From Polaromonas sp. (lineage in GTDB: Bacteria > Pseudomonadota > Gammaproteobacteria > Burkholderiales > Burkholderiaceae_C): a stretch of 64,000 nt of DNA. This document shows positions 1 to 9,954 of this stretch, piece by piece; the stretch's first letter is position 1, and each line of letters begins with the position of its first letter. Position numbers and translations under genes: made by a program. The stretch lies in NCBI RefSeq assembly GCF_043778355.1, contig NZ_JAYWHI010000031.1, positions 60,202 through 124,201 of the forward strand, given 5' to 3'. The notes beneath the pieces are model-generated. The model made no database searches and was not told where the DNA came from. It worked only from the letters and a program-made list of their open reading frames with translations.

Positions 1-117
1 CAAAAGAGGTGGAAAAACAGGTGGTGATCATCAGACCGGGCATGACCCCGCTTGCAAAAATCAGTTTATCCCAGCTGCAAAGCTGCAGCGCAAACCGCTT
101 TCATGCAGTCTCGGATA

Positions 118-891
118 TCAATGCTCGACCGGAAACCGCCGTGACGCAATCTCCAGCAAACCATCAAAAATCAGGCCTTCCACCAACTCGAACTTCACCG
201 ACATGCTGGGCCCCATCTTCCATCCCGCGCCGCCGGTCATGATGCATTCGGGCGCCTCGCCGCAATGCCGCGTGACGTTCTCCACCATGCGTTGAACGGC
301 GCCAGCAATGGCAAAGGTGCCGCCACTGGTCAGCGCGTCGCTGGTGTTGGTAGGGAAATCTTTCACGTCACCGGTCGGGACATGCAGACCGGCGGTGCCG
401 GACTCCAGCGCGCGCAGCATGATGCCGTGGCCGGGCAGAATGATGCCGCCAAGAAATTTTCCTGACGCATCAATGGCCTCGACCGTGACTGCGGTGCCCA
501 CCATCACCACCACGCAGGGCTTTTGAATGTCCCGTGCCAGCAGGCGGTGCCGGGCACCTATCATGGCCACCCAGCGGTCGGCACCGAGGCGCGCCGGGTG
601 GTCATACCCATTGGTCACGCCGGCTTCCTGGGCACTCGGGATGACCCAGCGCGGAGCCACATCCCAGAGTTCCATCTGTTCGATGACACGCCGCTTGACC
701 GCGTCGCCGGCCACGATACAGCCGAGGATGCGCGACGGCGGGGGCAGACCGCTCCACTCGTCGTCGGCAAGTTTGTCGATATTCTCGAGAAATACGGCGC
801 CGTGGGCCAGCACCCGCGCTCCCGAAACCGGGGCCTCGTACTGGGCCCACTTCAGGCGGGTATTGCCCACGTCAAGTGCTAGAAAAGTCAT
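118..891 (-). CDS. coaX: Type III pantothenate kinase
   Basis: N-terminal [24 protein letters not shown] and FLGGIILPG motifs typical of type III PanK; 257 aa. Confidence 0.92.
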   Translation of the reverse strand: MTFLALDVGNTRLKWAQYEAPVSGARVLAHGAVFLENIDKLADDEWSGLPPPSRILGCIVAGDAVKRRVIEQMELWDVAPRWVIPSAQEAGVTNGYDHPARLGADRWVAMIGARHRLLARDIQKPCVVVMVGTAVTVEAIDASGKFLGGIILPGHGIMLRALESGTAGLHVPTGDVKDFPTNTSDALTSGGTFAIAGAVQRMVENVTRHCGEAPECIMTGGAGWKMGPSMSVKFELVEGLIFDGLLEIASRRFPVEH

Positions 892-956
892 GTGACAGGA
901 TTATGAACAGGTTCTGGCCTGTCAACGGGAAGGGCTTACCTGAAGGACCCTGTCAC

Positions 957-2399
957 TCAGTGCGGCGTCACCGGCCGCGCAAAGTCCACCGTGCCAGCTC
1001 GTGCAGCTTCATAGGCCCGCGAGGCCCGCAGCACCAGTGCATCACCAAACATGGGGCCGACAAACTGCAGGCCGATCGGCAAACCATCGGTGGTCATCCC
1101 GCAAGGCACGGTGCTGGCGGGTTGCTGGGTCAGGTTGAAGGGGTAGGAAAACGGCGTCCAGCCCAGCATGGTCACCGGGTCCATGGGGGAGTGCCCGGCC
1201 GGCCGCGCCTCAAAGGCCGGCACCGCCACGCTGGGCGTGACCAGCAGGTCGAAGCGCTGCATGAACTGGCGCATCTGCGAGCCCAGCGCGCCGCGCTGCA
1301 AATGCAGGCGCTGGATATCGAGCAGGCTGAGCTTTTCGCCCAGCAGCGCCTCAGCGCGGAAGTCCGGGTCGGTCAGCGCCTGCTGCGCTGGGCTCAAGGT
1401 GTTCCAGACGGTCCAGGCGCCCGCAAACCACAGGCCAGTGGTGATCTCCAGCGGATCGTCGAAACCGGGGTCGATCTGTTCAACGTGCGCGCCCAGCTCC
1501 GACAGTTGCGCAACGGCCTGCGCGACTGAACGCGCCACCTCGGGATGCACGTTTTTGGCAAAGCCCAGTGTCGGCGACCAGGCGATGCGCAAGCCGCGGA
1601 TGCCGTCTTCCAGTCCCAGCAGGTAGTCGCTGCTGTCCGGCGGCAACGAGGTCCAGTCGCGCGCGTCGGGCTTTTTCAGCACGTTCATCATCAGCGCCGC
1701 ATCTGGCACGCTGCGGCTGTGTGGCCCCAGGTGCGCGACCGATCCAAACGGTGACAGCGGATAGGCCGGCACCCGGCCGAAACTCGGCTTGAGGCCCACG
1801 TTCCCGCAAAAGGCCGCCGGGATGCGCACCGAACCGGCGCCGTCGGTGCCCACGGCGAGCGGCCCCATGCCGGAGGCCACAGCGGCGGCAGCGCCACCCG
1901 AGGACCCGCCCGGTGTTTTTGACAGATCCCACGGATTGCGCGTGATGCCGGTACGCGGTGAGTTGGTCTCGCCCTTGCACCCAAACTCTGGCGTGTTGGT
2001 CTTGCCGAGGATGACGGCGCCGGCTTCACGCAGGCGCGCCGTGGCCGGCGCATCCACGTCCCAGGGCTGGTCGGGATCAACCGTCTGGCTGCCACGCAGC
2101 GTGGGCATGCCGCGCGTCAGGATGATGTCCTTGATGGATACGGGCACACCGTCGAGTTCACCGCAGGGGGCGCCGCCTTTGCGAAATTTCTGCCAGCGCG
2201 TTTCGCTGCCACGGGCAGCCTGCAGCGCCGTCTCGTGCGCCACCAGGCAAAACGCATTGAGTTGTGGATTCAGCGCGTCAATCCGGGCCAGCACCGCACG
2301 GGTGGCGTCCACTGGTGAGGCCTCACCTGTTTGATAAAGCTGCAGCAGTTCAGTGGCGGTGTAGTCGGAAAGATCGGTGCGGGGGGCGGAGAGCGTCAT
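957..2399 (-). CDS. Amidase signature (AS) family amidase
   Basis: GVPVSIKD, TPGGSSGG and GTDGAGSVRIPAAFCG motifs; start trimmed to ATG 2399 (MTLSAPR) because the track start overlaps the upstream gene. Confidence 0.9.
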   Translation of the reverse strand: MTLSAPRTDLSDYTATELLQLYQTGEASPVDATRAVLARIDALNPQLNAFCLVAHETALQAARGSETRWQKFRKGGAPCGELDGVPVSIKDIILTRGMPTLRGSQTVDPDQPWDVDAPATARLREAGAVILGKTNTPEFGCKGETNSPRTGITRNPWDLSKTPGGSSGGAAAAVASGMGPLAVGTDGAGSVRIPAAFCGNVGLKPSFGRVPAYPLSPFGSVAHLGPHSRSVPDAALMMNVLKKPDARDWTSLPPDSSDYLLGLEDGIRGLRIAWSPTLGFAKNVHPEVARSVAQAVAQLSELGAHVEQIDPGFDDPLEITTGLWFAGAWTVWNTLSPAQQALTDPDFRAEALLGEKLSLLDIQRLHLQRGALGSQMRQFMQRFDLLVTPSVAVPAFEARPAGHSPMDPVTMLGWTPFSYPFNLTQQPASTVPCGMTTDGLPIGLQFVGPMFGDALVLRASRAYEAARAGTVDFARPVTPH

Positions 2400-2427
2400 C
2401 GGATACTCCAAAAACTGGAATTTCGAG

Positions 2428-3927
2428 CTAAGGCTTGCGCCGCATCGAAGCAGGCAAGTTCTTCCACGGCAAATCGGCCGGATCGGCCGCCATCGGGCCA
2501 GCGGCCTTGGCCACAATGATGTCGGTTTTTGCATCAGCCACCAGCGGCGTAAAGTCCGCGCGGAAGTGGTTGGAGCTTTTGACCACGATGATTTTCATGG
2601 CTTCGGGTGTTATGCCGACCATGCGGAACAATTCTCGGTCCAGCATCTGCATCTGGCCACTGGCCACGGCCACCAGCACACCGTCGATCTCAAGGCAGGC
2701 GCAAGGCCCGAGCGTCGCGGCCATGCCGGTCATCATCGGGCCCTTGAGAGTCACCTGGCCGTCGCAAAGTGCGCGCACCCGGAAATCGCCGGTCACCGGC
2801 GGATCGCTGCGCTGGCCGGTGAAGGTCGGCACCGCCTGCCCCAGGCTGAGCGACACGGTCGCGCCCACGCCAGCAGCAAACGCGGCTTGCGCAGCGGCGG
2901 GGTCAAACATCAATCCCAACGCCACCTGACCGGGGAACTGCCGGCCTGCGCCTTGCGCGAGCAGCGCATGCAAGAGGCCGGTGGTGTTGCTGCTGCCGCC
3001 GGCGCCGGGATTGTCCTGGGTGTCGGCGATCACCAGCGGCGTGTGCATGGATGCCGCGCGAGTCAGCACATGCGCGACCGCATCTCGCGCCGGCAAAAAA
3101 TCCAGCGTCCATTGGCTGGGCTCGGCGACGCGCGCATACAGGTGCTCCAACGCCTCCTGCGCACGTTCGCCATGGGCCCAGACCATGGGGCCGCACTCGT
3201 CGAAATCCGAGGCCGGAAAACCCATGCAAAAACTCAGTCGGACATTGAACTCTTCATCTGCCGCCGTCAGCGCCTCGTACAGCCCCTGCGCAGGCGCCAT
3301 CCAGGTGCTTTGTGCGTTGAGCGGGATCAGAAAAGGCAGGCGCCGGAACTGGACCTCTTCCTTGCGGCCTCCTGCTATCCTGCGCGCCAGCAATTCGGCG
3401 GCCAGCGCACCGGTCGACGCCATGTCAACGTGCGGGTAGGTGCGGTAGGCGACCAGGGCGTCCGCTTGCGTCAGCATGGTTTTGGTCACATTGGCGTGCA
3501 GGTCCAGGCTGGCGACAATCGGAAGGTCTGGTCCGACCAGCTTGCGAATGCGGTCTATCAGTTCACCTTCGGTATCGGCCACGTGTTCCGCCACACCGGC
3601 GCCGTGCAGGTCAAGATAGACCGCATCAAAACCGCCCCTGGCGACATCGGCCAACACGGCAGCGCTGATCCGTTCAAAAGCATCCTGCGTCACGTAGGAA
3701 GATGGCGAGGCCCCGCACCAGCTTCCCGGCAGCACCTGCCAGCCGCGCGCCCGGGCTGCGACGATAAAGCCGCTGGCCGGCAGGTTCACGCCGCTGAGCT
3801 GGTCCAGCATGGCCTGGCCTTGCATGAAGGCCGGAAACACATCACCGCGGTTGAACGCGTCCCAGTCGGCTTTCAGGGGTGCAAAGGTGTTGGTTTCGTG
3901 CTGGTAGCCGGCGACAAGGATTTTCAA
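2428..3927 (-). CDS. M81 family metallopeptidase (MlrC-like)
   Basis: MKILVAGYQHETNTF, LDLHGA, LDLHAN, RTYPHVD, DTQDNPGAG and VKSSNHFRADF motifs; TTG start overlaps the ABC ATPase stop. Confidence 0.88.
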   Translation of the reverse strand: MKILVAGYQHETNTFAPLKADWDAFNRGDVFPAFMQGQAMLDQLSGVNLPASGFIVAARARGWQVLPGSWCGASPSSYVTQDAFERISAAVLADVARGGFDAVYLDLHGAGVAEHVADTEGELIDRIRKLVGPDLPIVASLDLHANVTKTMLTQADALVAYRTYPHVDMASTGALAAELLARRIAGGRKEEVQFRRLPFLIPLNAQSTWMAPAQGLYEALTAADEEFNVRLSFCMGFPASDFDECGPMVWAHGERAQEALEHLYARVAEPSQWTLDFLPARDAVAHVLTRAASMHTPLVIADTQDNPGAGGSSNTTGLLHALLAQGAGRQFPGQVALGLMFDPAAAQAAFAAGVGATVSLSLGQAVPTFTGQRSDPPVTGDFRVRALCDGQVTLKGPMMTGMAATLGPCACLEIDGVLVAVASGQMQMLDRELFRMVGITPEAMKIIVVKSSNHFRADFTPLVADAKTDIIVAKAAGPMAADPADLPWKNLPASMRRKP

Positions 3928-5570
3928 AAAGCAGCTCCGGGCGCGGCAGCCAGCAGCCGGCGCGTGTAGTCATGTTGGGGGTGGGCATAGAGCTCGGTCG
4001 TCGGCCCTTCTTCGACAATTTGTCCCTGGTGCATCACGATGACCCGGTCGCACAACTGGGCAGCGACACGCAGGTCATGGGTAATGAACAGTAGACCCAG
4101 GCCGAGCTCGGCCTGGATCTCACGCAGCAGGCTCAGAATTTGTGCCTGTACGCTGACGTCAAGCGCACTGACGGCCTCGTCCGCCACCAGCACACGCGGC
4201 CGGCAGGCCAGCGCGCGCGCGATCGCGATGCGCTGGCGCTGGCCGCCCGAGAACTGGCTGGGGTAGCGCTGCAAGCCTTCGACAGGCAAACGCACCTTGT
4301 CCATCAGGCTGGCGGCCAGCGCCAGGGCCTCCGCGCGGCTGGCCCCGAAATTGATCGCGCCTTCAATGATGGAATCGCCCACTTTGCGGCGCGGATTGAG
4401 CGAACGGTTCGGGTCCTGGAACACCACCTGGACCTGGCTGCGCAGTGGCCGGAGCCGACCTTCGGTGAAACTGGCGACATCGGTCAGCGCGCCGTCCGCA
4501 TCCTTGCCAGGGGCGCGCCACAACACCTGGCCGGCGGTCGGGTCGATCAGGCGGATCAGGCAACGCGCCAGCGTCGATTTGCCGGACCCGGACTCGCCGA
4601 CCACCCCCACCGTTTCGCCGGCCGACACCGCCACCGAGGCAGCCTGCAAGGCCTGCGTGAGGCGCTGGCGGCCCAGCCAGTCGCGCGCGACATAGGTCTT
4701 GCTGACGTCCTGCCCGCGCAGCAACGGCGGCCCCTGAGGCGCCGGGCGCGCCGGCGGTGGTGTCATGCCAGGCACTGCGGCAAGAAGCATTTTTGTGTAG
4801 TCAGCCTGCGGGTTGCGCAGCACGGCGTCACGCGTGCCGTACTCCACGGCCCGCCCCTGGTTCATCACCAGCACCTCGTCGGCAATGTCGGCCACCACAC
4901 CCATGTCGTGCGTGATGAACAACACGGCGCAGCGGTGGCCGCCCGACAGGTCGGCCTGCAACTCCTCGATCAACTTGAGGATTTCCTTTTGCGTGGTGAC
5001 ATCGAGCGCCGTGGTCGGCTCGTCGCAGATCAGCAGGGCCGGCTGCAGGATCACCGCCATGGCGATCACGATGCGCTGACGCTGGCCGCCCGAGAGCTGA
5101 TGCGGGTAGCTGCGCAGCATGCGCTCCGGCTCGGGCAGTTTGACCCGCTGCAGGATGTTCAGCACCGCTTCGCCGCGCCGCCTGGCGTTCCAGTCGGTGT
5201 GCTGCCTGAGCAGCTCGTCAATCTGGTCGCCGCAGCGCATCACCGGATTCAGCGCCGTCATCGGCTCCTGGAACACCATGCCCATGGCCTGGCCGCGCAA
5301 GGCGCGCAGGCGCTGCGGGCTGGCATCGAGCAGGGATTCCCCCTGCAGCACGATACCGCCCGGACCAGGTTTGAGCTCGCGCGCCAGCAGGCCCATGACA
5401 GCCGTAGCCATGACTGATTTCCCAGATCCCGATTCGCCGACCACACACAGGGTCTGGCCGGCGTGGATGCGCAAGCTGATGTCTTCCACCGCATACGCGC
5501 GGTCGCTGCCGCTTGGGAGGGCCACATGCAGCTTGTCGATGACGAGAACGGGTGCGACAGCTGTGCTCAT
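3924..5570 (-). CDS. Peptide/nickel ABC transporter, fused double ATPase (DppD/DppF-like)
   Basis: Two Walker A GESGSGKS motifs and two LSGGQRQR/FSGGQRQR signatures; start trimmed to ATG 5570 (MSTAVAP), overlapping the upstream permease stop. Confidence 0.9.
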   Translation of the reverse strand: MSTAVAPVLVIDKLHVALPSGSDRAYAVEDISLRIHAGQTLCVVGESGSGKSVMATAVMGLLARELKPGPGGIVLQGESLLDASPQRLRALRGQAMGMVFQEPMTALNPVMRCGDQIDELLRQHTDWNARRRGEAVLNILQRVKLPEPERMLRSYPHQLSGGQRQRIVIAMAVILQPALLICDEPTTALDVTTQKEILKLIEELQADLSGGHRCAVLFITHDMGVVADIADEVLVMNQGRAVEYGTRDAVLRNPQADYTKMLLAAVPGMTPPPARPAPQGPPLLRGQDVSKTYVARDWLGRQRLTQALQAASVAVSAGETVGVVGESGSGKSTLARCLIRLIDPTAGQVLWRAPGKDADGALTDVASFTEGRLRPLRSQVQVVFQDPNRSLNPRRKVGDSIIEGAINFGASRAEALALAASLMDKVRLPVEGLQRYPSQFSGGQRQRIAIARALACRPRVLVADEAVSALDVSVQAQILSLLREIQAELGLGLLFITHDLRVAAQLCDRVIVMHQGQIVEEGPTTELYAHPQHDYTRRLLAAAPGAAF

Positions 5571-6454
5571 GGACTGCGCTTTGAAAACTTCGGATCGAGC
5601 ACATCGCGCAGCCCATCGCCCAGCAGGTTGATGGCCAGTACGGTGGGCACCAGGAACAGCGCCGGGAACAGCACATTGCCAGGGTACTGGGTGAACTGCA
5701 CCCGGCCCTCGGCCATGATGTTGCCCCAGGTCGGGATGTCGGCGGGCAGCCCCAAACCGAGAAAACTCAGGATCGCCTCGGTCAACACGGCCGATGCGGC
5801 CACAAACGTGCCCTGGACAATCAGTGGCGCCATGGCGTTCGGCAGGATGTGCCGCCACAGAATCACCGGGGTCGGCGTCGCCAGCGCGCGTGCGGCTTCC
5901 ACAAACGGCTCCTCACGCAGCGTCAGCACCATCGAACGCACCAGGCGCGTGACACGCGGAATCTCCGGGATCGCGATCGCCACCACCACGGTCCAAAGTT
6001 GCGCGCCCAACGCGGCCACCAGCGCGATCGCCAGCAGGATCGCCGGAATCGCCATCAGCCCGTCCATGAAACGCATCAGCACGGCGTCGACAATACGAAA
6101 GTAACCCGCCAGCATGCCCAGCAGAGCGCCGACCCCAATCGCCACAACAGCGGTGAAAGCCGCCACCAGCAGCGACGTGCGCGTGCCGTAGATCACCCGG
6201 CTGAAAATGTCGCGGCCAAAGTTGTCGGCGCCCATCCAGAAAGTGTGTGGGACCACCGTGCCGTCGCGTTGCGCAAAGTCGCCGCGCACGCCTGCAGCGG
6301 TATTGATGTGGGCCGAATCCATGGCAGCAGGGTCTACCGTCCCCAGCACTGGCGCCAGCGCGGCCAGCAGCAATAGCACGCCAATCACACCGGCGCCGAA
6401 GCGAAACGCACTGTTGCCCCAGAGCCTTCGCCAGAGAAGTAGCCCGGCGCCCAT
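5567..6454 (-). CDS. Peptide ABC transporter permease (DppC/OppC-like)
   Basis: WMGADNFGRDIFSR, EAARALA (EAA loop), ILPNAMAP; start trimmed to ATG 6454. Confidence 0.9.
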   Translation of the reverse strand: MGAGLLLWRRLWGNSAFRFGAGVIGVLLLLAALAPVLGTVDPAAMDSAHINTAAGVRGDFAQRDGTVVPHTFWMGADNFGRDIFSRVIYGTRTSLLVAAFTAVVAIGVGALLGMLAGYFRIVDAVLMRFMDGLMAIPAILLAIALVAALGAQLWTVVVAIAIPEIPRVTRLVRSMVLTLREEPFVEAARALATPTPVILWRHILPNAMAPLIVQGTFVAASAVLTEAILSFLGLGLPADIPTWGNIMAEGRVQFTQYPGNVLFPALFLVPTVLAINLLGDGLRDVLDPKFSKRSP

Positions 6455-7407
6455 CAGTAACGGATCCTCGGGTCCAGAAACAGGTAACTGACGTCCACCA
6501 GCAGATTCACCCCGACATACAGCAAGCTGAAAAACAGCACCAGCCCCTGGATCACCGGAAAGTCGCGGTTCAGCACCGCGTCGACGGTCAGAGAGCCCAG
6601 GCCGGGAATCGAATAAACCGTCTCGGTCACCACCACGCCCCCGATCAGCAGAGCCACACCGATACCGACCACCGTGACGATGGGCACCGCCGCATTGGCC
6701 AGCGCATGGCGCATCAGCACCGCTGATTCGGCCAGGCCTTTGGCGCGCGCGGTGCGGATGTAGTCTTCCGTCAGAGCCTCCGACACGCTGGCGCGCGTGA
6801 CACGGGCAATCAGCGCCACATAAATCATGGCCAGCGTGATCCAGGGCAGCACCAGCTGGCGCGCCCAGGCCCAGATCCCCTGCCCGTCGCCACCGAACAG
6901 ACGCCGGTAGCCTTGCACCGGAAACCACTCCAACTGCACGGCAAACACGTAAATCAGAAGGTAGCCGGTAACAAACACCGGAATCGAGAAACCCGCCACT
7001 GAAAAACCCGACAGCAGCCGGTCCAGCCAGCCGCCCATGCGCCAGGCAGCGATGGTGCCCAGCGGCACCGCCACCAGCACCGCCATCACCAGGGTGCCGG
7101 CAGCCAGGCTCAGCGTGGGCTCCAAGCGCTGCGTGATCAATTCGGTGACGGGGCGATTCAGGTAGAAGGAGTACCCGAGATCGCCCTGCAATACACCGCC
7201 GAACCAGATCCAGAACTGGGTCAGCAGCGGCTTGCTCAACCCCAGGGTCTCACGGATTCTTTCGATGTCTTCATTGGTCGAGTTGTTACCGGCAATCACA
7301 GCCGCAGGATCACCCGGCGTGAGCCGCAGGATCAGGAACACGACGATGGCCACCACCAGCAACACCGGGATGGTCGCCAGCAGGCGTTGCAGCAGGAATC
7401 TCAGCAT
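6454..7407 (-). CDS. Peptide ABC transporter permease (DppB/OppB-like)
   Basis: PGDPAA, GDLGYS, DYIRTARAKGL, VVVTETVYSIPGLG motifs; start trimmed to ATG 7407 (MLRFLLQR). Confidence 0.9.
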   Translation of the reverse strand: MLRFLLQRLLATIPVLLVVAIVVFLILRLTPGDPAAVIAGNNSTNEDIERIRETLGLSKPLLTQFWIWFGGVLQGDLGYSFYLNRPVTELITQRLEPTLSLAAGTLVMAVLVAVPLGTIAAWRMGGWLDRLLSGFSVAGFSIPVFVTGYLLIYVFAVQLEWFPVQGYRRLFGGDGQGIWAWARQLVLPWITLAMIYVALIARVTRASVSEALTEDYIRTARAKGLAESAVLMRHALANAAVPIVTVVGIGVALLIGGVVVTETVYSIPGLGSLTVDAVLNRDFPVIQGLVLFFSLLYVGVNLLVDVSYLFLDPRIRY

Positions 7408-7435
7408 GGGGATTTGTTGGCGGACGGTATCTTGG

Positions 7436-7506
7436 TTGTCATGCCGGATCTGATCCGGCATCGATGACGCGCGAGCCTAGATTGCAGGTCAAGCCCGCAA
7501 TGACAA
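7436..7506. repeat. Composite palindromic REP-like element (GTCATGCCGG..CCGGCATC / GATTGC..GCAATGAC)
   Basis: TTGTCAT...ATGACAA terminal inverted repeat enclosing two internal hairpins; a related half element lies at 25782-25810. Confidence 0.75.
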
Positions 7507-7524
7507 TTCAACCAGCCCACAGGC

Positions 7525-9108
7525 TTAGTTCTTCTTAATATTCCAGTACACCTGCGCGCCGCCTGGCACCAGGCCGGAGATGTTGCTGCGCAGTGCCGCC
7601 GGATTGTTGTACTGGCCCAGATGTACATGCGAGGCGGTTTCAATCGCGCGTGTCTGCAGTTGCTCTGCAAGCTTCTTCTTCTCGGCCTCGGTGCCGGCCT
7701 GGGCGAATTTGACCTTCAGTTCCTCGATGACCTTGTCATCCTGCCAGCCAAACCAGCCCTTGTCGCCGGTGGCATTGAGCATGGCCATGGTCAGCGGGTT
7801 CTGGATGTCGCCGGCGGTCCAGGCTGTCATGAAGGCGTTCCAGCCACCCTTGTCCGGCGCATCTTTCTTGGCGCGGCGTGCCAGCAGCGTGGCCCAGTCG
7901 GACTGCTGCATGTCCACCTTGAAGCCAGCGGCTTCAAGCTGCTGCTTGGCCACCAGCGGCAGCTTGGCGATCGAGGCCAGGTCGGTCGGCCGCATCAGCA
8001 CAATCGGCTCACCCTTGTAACCGGCATCGGCCAGCATCTGCTTGGCCTTGACCGGATTGGCCATGCCGGTATAAATACCGGTGTTGTCACTGGCGTAAGG
8101 CGTGCCGCAAGGAAAAATGCTTTTGCAGTACTTGTACATGCCGGGTGCGCCGACCTGGGTTTTCAGGAAGGCCTCCTGACCCATGGCCACCATGGCGGCC
8201 TGGCGGATCTTCACATTGTCAAACGGCGCGTGCAGGTGGTTGAAGCGGAAGATGTATTGCAGACCGGCTGGCTGCGCATCGACAATCTGCACATCCTTGG
8301 CGGCCTTGAGGGAGGCGTACTGCTCAAAAGCTGGCTGCTCAATGATGTCCACCTCCCCGGCGATCAGCGCATTGAACTGGGTCTGCGGATCACGGATGAT
8401 GATCCACTCGACCCGGTCCAGATAGACGTTTTTGCCGCCGGTTGTACCGTTGGGCGCTTCGCTGCGCGGCTTGTATTTGTCGTTCTTGACATAGACCAGT
8501 TTTTCACCGGGCTTGTACTCGGCCGTGACAAACTTGTAGGGGCCCGAGCCGATGTTCTCCTTGATCTGCTCACTGCCAGGCGTGGCCGCGATACGCGCCG
8601 GCATGATGAAGGGCACATTTGACGAAGGTTTGCCGAGTGCTTCGAGCATCACACCAAACGGCTGGTTGAATTTGATGATGAAGGTCTTCGCATTGGGCGT
8701 CTCATAACTGGCCAGACTTTTGGCCATGACGCCGCCAAAACTGTCGCGGCTGGCCCAGCGCTTGAGCGAGGCCACCACATCCTCGCTGGTGACCGGTTTT
8801 CCATCATGGAACTCAAGCCCGTCGCGCAGGGTAAAGGACCAGACCTTGTTGTCCTTGGACGCGCTGTAGGTGTCCACCATCTGCGGCTTGACCTTGCCTT
8901 CCAGATCGGTGCCGAACAAGGTGTCGTAAATCATGTAACCGTGGTTGCGGGTCACAAACGCCGTGGTCCAGACCGGGTCCAGAATGGTGATGTTCGCGTG
9001 CGGCACCACTTTGAGGGTTTTGGCCTGGGCCTGGACGGCAGCGGGCAGCAGCAAGGAGGACAGCAGCGCGGCAGAAGTGGCCAGAGCGACAAGGGAACGA
9101 CGTTTCAT
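7525..9108 (-). CDS. ABC transporter substrate-binding protein, family 5
   Basis: Signal peptide, IYDTLFG, FTLRDGLEFHDGKPVTSEDVVASLKRW, GSGPYKF. Confidence 0.92.
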   Translation of the reverse strand: MKRRSLVALATSAALLSSLLLPAAVQAQAKTLKVVPHANITILDPVWTTAFVTRNHGYMIYDTLFGTDLEGKVKPQMVDTYSASKDNKVWSFTLRDGLEFHDGKPVTSEDVVASLKRWASRDSFGGVMAKSLASYETPNAKTFIIKFNQPFGVMLEALGKPSSNVPFIMPARIAATPGSEQIKENIGSGPYKFVTAEYKPGEKLVYVKNDKYKPRSEAPNGTTGGKNVYLDRVEWIIIRDPQTQFNALIAGEVDIIEQPAFEQYASLKAAKDVQIVDAQPAGLQYIFRFNHLHAPFDNVKIRQAAMVAMGQEAFLKTQVGAPGMYKYCKSIFPCGTPYASDNTGIYTGMANPVKAKQMLADAGYKGEPIVLMRPTDLASIAKLPLVAKQQLEAAGFKVDMQQSDWATLLARRAKKDAPDKGGWNAFMTAWTAGDIQNPLTMAMLNATGDKGWFGWQDDKVIEELKVKFAQAGTEAEKKKLAEQLQTRAIETASHVHLGQYNNPAALRSNISGLVPGGAQVYWNIKKN

Positions 9109-9240
9109 GACAAATTTTCCTTAGAAACAAGGGGTGGAACAGTCAGGCCGGAAGCACTGGGGCCCCCTGGGTAATGTAACCATAGTTCAGATGCAATATT
9201 CAAGCCACCGGGAAACCACCGTGACAGCGTCCGGTCGGCC

Positions 9241-9954
9241 TCAGATCACACCCAGCCAGCAGGCGCGTTGAATCGCCGACATCTTGTTGTCCACTCTGAG
9301 TTTGGCCATGGCGTTGGCCATGTGGTAATTGACCGTGCGCTCGGTGCAGCGCAGGCGCTCGCCGGTCTGTCGGGCGGTCAGGCCTTCGAAAGCAAGCGCC
9401 AGGCATTCGCTCTCGCGCGGACTGAGCGGACTGCTGGCAGCGGCCAAGGTGCGTTTGAACAGGGGCCAGATGTTGAGCGCCGACCAGACCAGCGCGGCAG
9501 CTTCAGCCCGGTCATGGAACTGGCGAGGACTGAACATGAAACATTCGAAGGCGCGTCCAGAAGGCAGGGGAAACTCAACCCGCACCACGCTCTGAAACCC
9601 GTGGGCCAGCCACAACAGACGCCAGCGGTCGCCCCCCGTGTCTGAATTGCCAATGTGCTGCCAGGCCACCATCGGTGCATCGGACTCCCGCCAGGGCGCG
9701 CCAAAGTCCTGGCTTTCGGCGAGGGCCAGCGCTGGCTCCTGCAGGCGCGGGGGGTGGACCGCTGCCACCACCCGGTCCTGGCGCTGCCCGAAAGGGTCAG
9801 GCCCCAGGACAACGACGGCCTCGACCGCATAGTCGCGCAGGGCAGAAATCCAGTCGGCCAGCATGCTGTCCAGCGCAAGACTGTCAAAGTTGACAGGTTG
9901 GCGCACTTTCAGTTTTCCCCCAGAATTGCGCCCATGTGTGGAGAACTGTCCCAA
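9241..9954 (-). CDS. LuxR-family transcriptional regulator with divergent autoinducer-binding-like N-domain
   Basis: C-terminal HTH LSPRESECLALAFEG...TERTVNYHMANAMAKL; N-domain retains P-x-x-W and HG; start uncertain (9954 TTG, 9906 GTG or 9864 ATG). Confidence 0.85.
   Translation of the reverse strand: MGQFSTHGRNSGGKLKVRQPVNFDSLALDSMLADWISALRDYAVEAVVVLGPDPFGQRQDRVVAAVHPPRLQEPALALAESQDFGAPWRESDAPMVAWQHIGNSDTGGDRWRLLWLAHGFQSVVRVEFPLPSGRAFECFMFSPRQFHDRAEAAALVWSALNIWPLFKRTLAAASSPLSPRESECLALAFEGLTARQTGERLRCTERTVNYHMANAMAKLRVDNKMSAIQRACWLGVI
9879..9898. promoter_or_regulatory. lux-box-like palindrome at luxR 5' end
   Basis: Minus strand ACCTGTCAACTTTGACAGTC, CTGT-N8-ACAG spacing; 15/20 identical to the site upstream of cqsA. 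Confidence 0.5.

Noticed and set aside
2377-3969. 530-aa plus-strand ORF, and similar long antisense ORFs (4140-5417, 10817-12208, 22142-23455, 29932-31302, 34094-35701, 40422-41516, 55088-56185, 60354-62063)
   Set aside because: They shadow well-supported genes on the opposite strand, have no recognisable motifs, and are expected from stop-codon scarcity in high-GC DNA
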